A stretch of DNA of 32,000 bases from Massilicoli timonensis (GTDB lineage Bacteria; Bacillota_I; Bacilli_A; Erysipelotrichales; Erysipelotrichaceae), in NCBI RefSeq assembly GCF_900199515.1, contig NZ_LT963433.1:90001-122000 (forward strand). Direction: 5' to 3'. Shown one piece after another: positions 24,887 through 32,000 of the stretch (its first letter is position 1; the number at the start of each line of letters is the position of its first letter). The position numbers and the translations under genes are program-made. A model generated the notes under the pieces. The model did no database searches and was not told the origin of the DNA. It was given only the letters and a program-made list of their open reading frames with translations.

Positions 24887-27412
24887 TCAGTACAAATCAA
24901 TAAATCTCGTTTCTATACTGCCGTCCTCATATTCAATGACCACCTCAATGCCGACCTGGGCATCATCGGATAGTTTCTTTAAGTCATCTGAGGCAATCTG
25001 CGCCGACAGTGTATAACTGCTGCGGTTGGACGGATACACGGTCTGAGCAAGACTCAAGGTCATACCCTCCACACCCACAGCCTTAAAGGATGCTGTGCCG
25101 GATGCACCGTTTTCTCCGTCAGCCTCAAAACCGGAACTGACCCAATAAGCAAGACCGTCATCGGCACGGGAGTTTCGCAGATGATTGAACGGCACCAGTT
25201 CACGGATATCGTTGTTGGATACCATTCCTGTGCCTTCCAACGCATCAGCAATGGTATCAATGGAACTGACCGAACTGCCGAGGTTTTTGAGCGTAGTGGA
25301 AAGTTCCAACACGGTATTCCAAGGCTCCTGCAGGTTATATTCACGGCGCACGATACGGGTGGTAACAGAAAGTCCCAAATCCTTATCTTCCACACGGACA
25401 TAATCGCCAAGATTCCAGGCTTCATGCTCATATCCTGTCAGCACGGACAAGTCCATCGCATTCAGCACATAGGAAACGGAAGGCTTGCAGTATTCCGCAA
25501 GGCGCATAGCCGTGTATTCCTTCATCTGATATGGATTGGTAAAGGAAGAACAATCCAGGGTGGTGATACGCACTTCCTTGGAATAGGTGAAATCCTCAAG
25601 GTAAGGCTTGCCGCCGTTAATGTCGGCAAAGGTCATACCGTTAGCACCGACCGCATAAAGCCTTGTTACAAGGGAGCGGGTGTCCACCACACGTTCGATG
25701 CTTTTCATGTTCTTCTTGTATGCAAACAAAGCACCGCTGTCTTTACCGTTTACTGTCAGCAGATGCACCAGTCGGTTCGGACAGTCAAAAACAAGGTCAC
25801 CGCCGTGGAGGTTGGCAACGCTGCGGAGGATGGACAGAGCGTTCTTTTCTGTGGAAGTCCAGGTACGCTTTGAGGTAACATTGACCGTTCCCACACTCCA
25901 CTCGGTATCTGCAAGGGCATACGCCATCGCAACATCTGCCGTTTCCGCATCAAACTTCTTTTCTTCCTTACGAACAGAAAAGGTCAAATCGTAGAACTCC
26001 GCTTCGGCATAAATCTGCGTGACGGTGTTTCCGGTGCTGTCCTTCACATCGGTAACGGTACGGATTTTATACACATCATCTACGATCTGGATTTTCTTCT
26101 CGTTTTCCAGGTACTTTCGTTTACTGTCACGGAACGGAATGGAAAAGGTCAGCGTGTCTTCGCCATTGATTTCGCCCGTAACGATGATGTCATAGGCATT
26201 CTCCAAAATGGCCTCCCACGCACCGTTATCATCAAGCACCACAGGACGTGCATAACCGATTTTCTTATAAGGAGCCTTTGGAATGTCATAAAGGCGGATG
26301 TCCACCAACTTCGGTGTTTTGCTTGTATCCGTAGTGGTCAGTGTGACCTTGAAACGGATATAATTTCGGTTCGGAGATTGCAGCTTGCCGTCCATTCCCA
26401 CAGCTACCCAATCACTCCAATCGGTGAGGTCATCACTGGTGGATGTTTCCACCGAAGCCACAGCCGTTGTGCCTGCCACATACTCACTTGTGTAGGACAC
26501 CTTGCCTGTGCCGGAGAGGTTGCATTCTGCCGCCTTGGTATAAAGGACACCGCTTTCCGGGTAGACACCATCTGTAGCTTTCAGCGTTACACCGCTTGCA
26601 TCGGTAAGGGCATCCACATCAGCGGAACTGTCAGCACCGTTGCAGAGAATGGTGGCGTTGAAATAATCCACCAAATCATCTGCGGTAAGTTGAGAGTCGC
26701 AGTCCAGGAACCATTCATCAAAACCACCTGCGTAATAATAGGTGTCGGCGTGCATACCGATAACCAGATCCGCTGTGCAGAATGCATTCAGCGTTCCCGT
26801 AAAGGTCAGCACCTCGGACTTCCAAACCACTCCTGCAGAACGGTCGCCCACAACATAAGTGAACTGCTTGTTATTCGGCTCAATGACCCCTGCGATAAAA
26901 TACCACTTACCGTTCTGCAAAGAAAAAGACGGTGTAACGGTCTTATCCAAAATCAAGCTACCGGAGGAATTATAGAGCATAATTCTCGGCTTACCGGAAT
27001 ACAGGGACAGATAGAAAATCGGCTGTCCAGGGCCATAACGGGTATTGAATATCGGGCAGAAAGTGTTACCGACAGAATAGGTGGTCGGACACATCCAGCC
27101 GCCCACGATGATACGCTCACCGAGGTTTGCGAAAATACTGCCGTCATTGGTCACCTGCAGGTGAGTTTTCTCTGTGGTCGGATTATTGATATTAAAACGA
27201 ATCTGTCTGCCTTTCGGACTGTTTGAAAGGTTGGCTGTTGTACCACTCCAGTTCACAACAGTAAAATTTCTGCCATAACCGGAGGAATCAGCAAGAGCCG
27301 TATCTTCATCCGGTGCAGATTCATTGAAACGCCAAAGACCGGAGGCGGCATAATCCGCAGGAAACTCTCCTGTGAAATCCGTCTGCTTGTTCAGTATCAT
27401 TTTCAGAGCCAT
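24887..27412 (-). CDS. Tail-associated (Tal-like) phage minor structural protein with an N-terminal LamG/concanavalin-like extension
   Basis: 841-aa ORF immediately after Dit. The central region EDTLTFSIPFRDSKRKYLENEKKIQIVDDVYKIRTV matches the phage minor structural protein N-terminal region / prophage tail endopeptidase pattern. The first approx. 250 aa look LamG-like (ending ...YYAGGFDEWFLD). Confidence 0.8.
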   Translation of the reverse strand: MALKMILNKQTDFTGEFPADYAASGLWRFNESAPDEDTALADSSGYGRNFTVVNWSGTTANLSNSPKGRQIRFNINNPTTEKTHLQVTNDGSIFANLGERIIVGGWMCPTTYSVGNTFCPIFNTRYGPGQPIFYLSLYSGKPRIMLYNSSGSLILDKTVTPSFSLQNGKWYFIAGVIEPNNKQFTYVVGDRSAGVVWKSEVLTFTGTLNAFCTADLVIGMHADTYYYAGGFDEWFLDCDSQLTADDLVDYFNATILCNGADSSADVDALTDASGVTLKATDGVYPESGVLYTKAAECNLSGTGKVSYTSEYVAGTTAVASVETSTSDDLTDWSDWVAVGMDGKLQSPNRNYIRFKVTLTTTDTSKTPKLVDIRLYDIPKAPYKKIGYARPVVLDDNGAWEAILENAYDIIVTGEINGEDTLTFSIPFRDSKRKYLENEKKIQIVDDVYKIRTVTDVKDSTGNTVTQIYAEAEFYDLTFSVRKEEKKFDAETADVAMAYALADTEWSVGTVNVTSKRTWTSTEKNALSILRSVANLHGGDLVFDCPNRLVHLLTVNGKDSGALFAYKKNMKSIERVVDTRSLVTRLYAVGANGMTFADINGGKPYLEDFTYSKEVRITTLDCSSFTNPYQMKEYTAMRLAEYCKPSVSYVLNAMDLSVLTGYEHEAWNLGDYVRVEDKDLGLSVTTRIVRREYNLQEPWNTVLELSTTLKNLGSSVSSIDTIADALEGTGMVSNNDIRELVPFNHLRNSRADDGLAYWVSSGFEADGENGASGTASFKAVGVEGMTLSLAQTVYPSNRSSYTLSAQIASDDLKKLSDDAQVGIEVVIEYEDGSIETRFIDLY

Positions 27413-27416
27413 GCCG

Positions 27417-28193
27417 TCACCTCCATCTGCTCTTGGCTTGTATCTGTAGTTCCGTCAGTGTAGCATTATTCACTTCCACCGTGACGGTATTATCTCCGAC
27501 AGCAAGGGTCGGAAAGTTCAATTCCTGTAAATATGGCAGACCGTTTCGGAGTGTCTCGCCGTTTTCATCCACCACATAAGCGGTCATTTTATCCGTATCC
27601 ACAACAAGAGTTTCTCCCTCTGACAGCGTTGCGTTTACGATTTTCAGTTCCATGCCGTTTGTGGTAATGCTGATATAATTGCTTGCCCCGGCGGTCACCA
27701 CACCGCTGATACGATAGACGGGCAACGACTCAATATTGCCAATGGCACGGGTCACGGTGTGAGTGCCTTCTGCCGTGATGGAGAAAGTTTCATCCGTGAT
27801 GGCATAACCGAAAGGGTCTGGACAGAAGAACTTCAAATCAAAAGACCCTGCCGAGCGGATTAGCCTTTCACAGTCCACCGCATCGTTAAGCCTTGCCATG
27901 AAGTATCTGTCCGGCACATCATCAAAAATAAGCTGGCGCAACCCCTGCACAGGGTCAAGCCATGCTGCGATATCGTCCAAGGCAGATACCAATGCCGTAA
28001 AATTGTGTTTCGGGTAAATGTTGCAGTGGACATTGATTTCACGATAGTCAAAATCTGCGCCGGAATCCGCCACACCGTATTTACCCGGCACGGTGGTGGT
28101 AAAATTACGCATCTTACCACACACCTGCCAGGAAGTCAGGCGGGCTTTGATGCCCATGCTGCTCGACGTAATATCATTAAAAATAAAACCCAT
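27417..28193 (-). CDS. Distal tail protein (Dit, siphovirus tail component)
   Basis: 258-aa ORF directly after the tape measure gene. The N-terminus MGFIFNDITSSSMGI... and the size are typical of the Sipho_tail family. Confidence 0.8.
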   Translation of the reverse strand: MGFIFNDITSSSMGIKARLTSWQVCGKMRNFTTTVPGKYGVADSGADFDYREINVHCNIYPKHNFTALVSALDDIAAWLDPVQGLRQLIFDDVPDRYFMARLNDAVDCERLIRSAGSFDLKFFCPDPFGYAITDETFSITAEGTHTVTRAIGNIESLPVYRISGVVTAGASNYISITTNGMELKIVNATLSEGETLVVDTDKMTAYVVDENGETLRNGLPYLQELNFPTLAVGDNTVTVEVNNATLTELQIQAKSRWR

Positions 28194-28209
28194 AGGTCAA
28201 AACCCTCCT

Positions 28210-30813
28210 TTATGCCGTAGTGAAGTGCCCCTGTGCACGGGAGCCACTCTGAATCAAATTGTAAAGTTCCTGGGAAATCTTGCGGATATCTTCTTCGCTT
28301 CGGACAATCATCTGCTGAATGGTAATCAGCGCACTGCCACCGAATCCTGTGCCGGATACCGTGTCATTGCGATTGACCGTGCCATTCACACTAAAGTCCG
28401 CAGGAAGTGCCGTGGTCATATCATCTGCAAGGCTGTGCATCACATCGTTGATGTCCTTGCTCATGCCTTCAGCGGCGGCAACCGCATCCTTGCCATTGGT
28501 ATTGATGGAGCCTGCCAGACCTTCCACAAGCATTTCACCAATCCATGCCATCTCATCCGAAGGCGAGTGAATGCCGAAGAAATCGCAGATACCATCCCAA
28601 ATGGAAGAAATCCAAGAGGATACCTTGTTCCAAAGCCAGGATGCCAAAGACTGGATACCCTGCCACAAGCCACGGACAAGGTTTGCACCCACGCTTGCAA
28701 GCTGCGATACACCCTTTCCAAAAGCAGAAACCAAGCCGGACAGAATCTGCGGTACGGCTTTCACGATTTCCACGATAATGGTCGGCAGGTTCTTAATGAG
28801 TGATACAAAGAGCGTTACACCTGCCTGTACGATTTGCGGAATGCTGTTTATAAGAGCATTTACCACAGAACCGATAATCTCCGGAATTGCCGCCACAATG
28901 GTTGTGATGATTTCCGGCAGTGCCTGGATAAGGGCAACGAGCAGGTCGATACCCGCCTGGATAATCTGCGGAATGGAGCCAAGCACGGCTGTGATGATAC
29001 CCTCAATAATCTGAGGGATTGCCTCCACGATAGCCACGATGATTTCCGGCAATGCAGATACCAGGGATGTCAAAAGCTGAATGCCTGCGTCTATGATTTG
29101 AGGAATCGCACCAAGGACAAATTCCACGATTGCCAAAATAATGGACGGCAGAGCCTCAATCAGTACCGGAATTGCCGCAAGAAGTCCCTGTGCCAATCCC
29201 ATGACAAGCTGAAGTGCTGCATCCAAAATCAACGGCAGATTTTCAATCAGTGTTTGTACCACTGTTGTTAAAATCTCAATGATGGTCGGAATCAACTCCG
29301 GAAGTGCCGTTGCAATGCCGGAGGCCAGTGTGGCAATTACCTGCATGGCTGCCTCTGCAAGCTGTGGCAACAGACTAAGCAGACCGTTTACCAATTCAAG
29401 GACAATCATGACCGCCGCCTCTGCCAAGGTAGGCAGTGCCGACACGATACCGTCAAGCAAGGTAACGATGATATCCACTCCTGCCTGAAGCAGTGTCGGA
29501 AGGCTCGTTAATATGGCTTGACCTATCATCGGAATGATAGTGGAAAGCTGTGTGAGAAGAACATCCACGATGCCCCTCATACCTTCTGCAAAGGTTTCTG
29601 CCGAGCCTGCTGTTCCTTCCAGAACGCCCTGCAGTCCTTCTCCCATCATGGCAACAAAGGGAATCATCTCATTCAGCACATCTGCTGCCATAAATTTAAG
29701 CGTGGTCATAATCGGCTCTGCTATCGCACCAAGCTGTGCATAGGCATCGGTCAGTTCTGCCTGGGCGCGTCTTGCGTCCATCACATCGCCGTTTAGTTCC
29801 TTGTAATTTTCAGCGGCATCTTCATACAGACCGTTTAAGGTTTTTGTAATCAGTGCTGCTCGTTCCTGTTCGGAATTACACGCATCAAGGGATGCCTGGA
29901 ATTCATCCTCCGATGTACCCGCCCAATTGAGTGCATCGGCAAGGACACCCGTAAGCTGTCCGGTCTTTGCCGTTTCATTGGCAGCCTCCGTCAAGCCTTC
30001 AATGGGCAAGCTGTCACCGAAGGTTGCCCATACGCCTGCGGCAATATCTGTCCACTGCGTCAGCTCCTCTTCGGTTTCACACAGTTTTGCAAGGTGGTTG
30101 ACCGCCTCAACACTTCGGTCTTCCTCTCCCAAAATGGAATAAAAGTCCGTGTAGGCATTGCCTGCCTGTTCCGCCGTAAAGCCTGCGGTAGTAAACGCAG
30201 CATCCAGTTTTGCCTGGTCTTCACGGTATTCCCGTGTGGATTCCGCCAAATCAAGAAAACTCTTTGTCAGTCCTGCAAGGGCAGCACCCGCCGCCGCAAC
30301 GGAAGCACCAATGGCAACACCAAGACCCTTTACTACAGAACCGACCTTATCCAATTTGGAAGATGCGTCATCCGCATCCTTGGCAGTGCCCTCCATCTCA
30401 TCACCGAAATTGTCAGCCTGCCTTGCTGCCTGCTGCATCTCATCTCCGAGTTCATCGATGGCTTTTTCATTCTGCTCCAGTTCACGCTCCATATTGTTAA
30501 GGGCGGCTGTCGCATTATTAAGCTGAATCTGCCAGTTCTGTGTCCTGCGGTCATTTTCTCCGAAGAACTCGGAGGCATTGGCAAGAGCAGAACGGAGTGT
30601 TTCGATTTTCTGTTTCTGTGCCTCGATTTCCTTATTCAGCACCTTGTTTCTTGCCGTAAGAGCTTCTACGGAACTGTCGTTTTTATCAAACTGCGACTGA
30701 ACGACTTTCATTTCCGAGCCGAGAACCTTGAAGGACTGATTGATTTCGGACAGTGCCTTCTTGAATTCTTTCTCGCCCTCAAGACCGATTTTTAAGCCAA
30801 AATCATCTGCCAC
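28210..30813 (-). CDS. Tail tape measure protein
   Basis: 867-aa ORF with a GTG start after GGGAGGTGG. Coiled-coil N-terminus, a long hydrophobic repeat region, and a position after the chaperone frameshift pair. Confidence 0.9.
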   Translation of the reverse strand: MADDFGLKIGLEGEKEFKKALSEINQSFKVLGSEMKVVQSQFDKNDSSVEALTARNKVLNKEIEAQKQKIETLRSALANASEFFGENDRRTQNWQIQLNNATAALNNMERELEQNEKAIDELGDEMQQAARQADNFGDEMEGTAKDADDASSKLDKVGSVVKGLGVAIGASVAAAGAALAGLTKSFLDLAESTREYREDQAKLDAAFTTAGFTAEQAGNAYTDFYSILGEEDRSVEAVNHLAKLCETEEELTQWTDIAAGVWATFGDSLPIEGLTEAANETAKTGQLTGVLADALNWAGTSEDEFQASLDACNSEQERAALITKTLNGLYEDAAENYKELNGDVMDARRAQAELTDAYAQLGAIAEPIMTTLKFMAADVLNEMIPFVAMMGEGLQGVLEGTAGSAETFAEGMRGIVDVLLTQLSTIIPMIGQAILTSLPTLLQAGVDIIVTLLDGIVSALPTLAEAAVMIVLELVNGLLSLLPQLAEAAMQVIATLASGIATALPELIPTIIEILTTVVQTLIENLPLILDAALQLVMGLAQGLLAAIPVLIEALPSIILAIVEFVLGAIPQIIDAGIQLLTSLVSALPEIIVAIVEAIPQIIEGIITAVLGSIPQIIQAGIDLLVALIQALPEIITTIVAAIPEIIGSVVNALINSIPQIVQAGVTLFVSLIKNLPTIIVEIVKAVPQILSGLVSAFGKGVSQLASVGANLVRGLWQGIQSLASWLWNKVSSWISSIWDGICDFFGIHSPSDEMAWIGEMLVEGLAGSINTNGKDAVAAAEGMSKDINDVMHSLADDMTTALPADFSVNGTVNRNDTVSGTGFGGSALITIQQMIVRSEEDIRKISQELYNLIQSGSRAQGHFTTA

Positions 30814-30831
30814 TTCAAACCACCTCCCTCA

Positions 30832-31041
30832 TCAGATTCCGACAGGAATAATGTCATCAATGAAATATTCCCTTACAGGCTTCGCAAGCCCGTTATACTG
30901 TTTGTGGCACTCCCATAAATCCAGGAGCAGACCAAACGGCATCAGCCACACCTCATCCTGGGTCAGATGCAGGTGGGCGATGCCGTAATATAAAAGTCGA
31001 GTAAATAACTCATCGTCACTTACTCGACCACTGCGTTTTTT
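30832..31041 (-). CDS. -1 frameshift extension of the tail assembly chaperone (gpGT-like product)
   Basis: Slippery A_AAA_AAC at 31041-31035 in the correct phase. The -1 frame is open for 67 codons (RSGRVSDDELFTRLLYYGIAHLHLTQDEVWLMPFGLLLDLWECHKQYNGLAKPVREYFIDDIIPVGI) to TGA 30834-30832, just before the tape measure RBS. Confidence 0.7.
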   Translation of the reverse strand, partial: KKRSGRVSDDELFTRLLYYGIAHLHLTQDEVWLMPFGLLLDLWECHKQYNGLAKPVREYFIDDIIPVGI

Positions 31042-31403
31042 GAGTCAGCCTCACTGACCACATTTCTTTTGGTGCCCTTATACAAAGCATCGGTAATGGC
31101 GGTCTTGTAATCTGCCAGATCAAGAGGTGTGGTCAGAAGTTCCACCATCTCCTCTGTAAGGACATCCTTCTTGTTTTCCTTGTTCTTCAGATTGTGGACA
31201 AGGATGGACTGATTGGCAAGCAAGGTAATCAGCCACACGATTTCGCCGATAGCCATCTCGAAGTTCTCGGATTTCATCAGCTTATCGCCAAGGTTCTCAA
31301 GACCGCCATAGCGTCCTGCGATTTCCTTGGTTGCCCGGGTAGTGAGAAGCAAAGTATACTCGTCACCGCCAATATTGATATTTGCAGAGCGTTCTTTATC
31401 CAT
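31020..31403 (-). CDS. Tail assembly chaperone (gpG-like, zero-frame product)
   Basis: 127-aa ORF between the major tail and tape measure genes. It ends 15 nt after a slippery heptamer. Confidence 0.75.
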   Translation of the reverse strand: MDKERSANINIGGDEYTLLLTTRATKEIAGRYGGLENLGDKLMKSENFEMAIGEIVWLITLLANQSILVHNLKNKENKKDVLTEEMVELLTTPLDLADYKTAITDALYKGTKRNVVSEADSKNAVVE

Positions 31404-31417
31404 GTGTCATATCCTCC

Positions 31418-32000
31418 TTATTCCGCGGCCTCGGTAGCGTAGGAAGGTTCATACACTTCCTGATACCAGTTCGTGATAACATCCGCTGCAACAGCAGAAT
31501 CTCCCTCTGTAACCTCTGCCTTCCAAGGGTGCTTGTTCTGACCGTCCACCTTGTTACGGCGGAGAATCGTACCCTCGATGGTAGGCGTACTGAAAGTGAT
31601 GCTGTCACCCTTGGTGGCAAGGTTTGTGGCAGGGATACCGAACTTCACACGGTAAAGCCAGTAATACTTGTACTTGCCGTTGGATTTCTTGGCACGGAAA
31701 CCCACAGCCACAGGCTCACCGCCGTCCTCACTTGTGGAAACCACAACGCCGTTTGCATCGATGGTAGCGCCTGTAAGGTCAGATGCCGTAGAAGCACCGA
31801 TATCGTCCACACCCAGGGAAAGAGTGCCGGCCTTAAATTCCTTCACGATTTCCGATGCACCGTCATCGGCATAAAGGGTTGCTTCTGCAAGTTCCACCGA
31901 CAAATCGGCGGTCATTGCCTTTGCCAACTGTACCGGAGATGCATAGGTTTCGTTTCCGTTCTCGTCTTCGGTGATTTTGGCATAATACAGTTTGTCAAGA
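31418..32000 (-). CDS. Major tail protein (phi13-family type); N-terminus at or beyond the right edge
   Basis: The frame stays open upstream of the track's TTG start to the window edge (...LDKLYYAKITEDENGNETYASPVQLAKAMTADLSVE...). The LDKLYYAKI start region and KYYWLYRVKF are typical of this family. Confidence 0.85.
   Translation of the reverse strand, partial: LDKLYYAKITEDENGNETYASPVQLAKAMTADLSVELAEATLYADDGASEIVKEFKAGTLSLGVDDIGASTASDLTGATIDANGVVVSTSEDGGEPVAVGFRAKKSNGKYKYYWLYRVKFGIPATNLATKGDSITFSTPTIEGTILRRNKVDGQNKHPWKAEVTEGDSAVAADVITNWYQEVYEPSYATEAAE

Larger units (their letters stand above)
16184..32000. mobile_element. Prophage late region (tail and lysis genes) plus serine-recombinase module; continues beyond the right edge
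   Basis: Contiguous co-directional phage tail, lysis and recombinase genes. G+C is clearly higher than the flanks in the tail/lysis part. Whether 16.2-20.1 kb and 11.7-16.2 kb belong to the same element is unresolved (see findings). Confidence 0.8.

Noticed and set aside
28723-29541. Repetitive DNA that could superficially resemble a repeat array or CRISPR
   Set aside because: The repeats are diverged and in frame within the tape measure ORF, they have no unique spacers, and no cas genes are nearby.
20173-30795. Long plus-strand ORFs in the prophage (20173-21132, 22827-23915, 25181-25873, 26378-27226, 28093-28803, 30094-30795)
   Set aside because: All are antisense to well-supported phage genes in a GC-rich stretch where stop codons are rare on the opposite strand. 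None has a convincing RBS or a recognisable motif.

Overview
Low-GC Firmicutes-type chromosomal window; every gene I can support is on the minus strand. (1) 1-8.6 kb is ordinary chromosome: a TetR-controlled ABC exporter (partial, runs off the left edge), an ascorbate-family PTS operon (EIIA-EIIC-EIIB) followed by an HTH/PRD/EIIB-like/EIIA-like activator, a 44-codon remnant of a small serine recombinase, and a flavodoxin/2x[4Fe-4S] fusion gene. (2) 9.1-16.2 kb is an AT-rich accessory island. It holds an Abi-alpha (DUF4393)-like gene, a KilA-N gene, and the 3-prime remnant of a RumA-like RNA methyltransferase gene. Abutting that remnant is a tightly packed four-gene operon with its own consensus promoter: RHH-like protein, DUF262/DUF1524 GmrSD-like nuclease, a 514-aa orphan, and a membrane-tailed helical protein. 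I rank this operon as the best candidate for an undescribed (defence-type) system. (3) 16.2-32 kb is the late end of a siphovirus-type prophage running off the right edge. In transcription order it contains major tail protein, tail chaperone with a -1 frameshift, tape measure, Dit, a Tal-like protein, two small paralogous ORFs, a GH18-domain tail protein, holin and amidase/LysM endolysin. A recombination module follows: a small SHOCT-like ORF and two large serine recombinases flanking a catalytic-domain-less recombinase-domain ORF. I found no rRNA, tRNA or CRISPR array. All family assignments come from motif recognition by eye, with no searches run.
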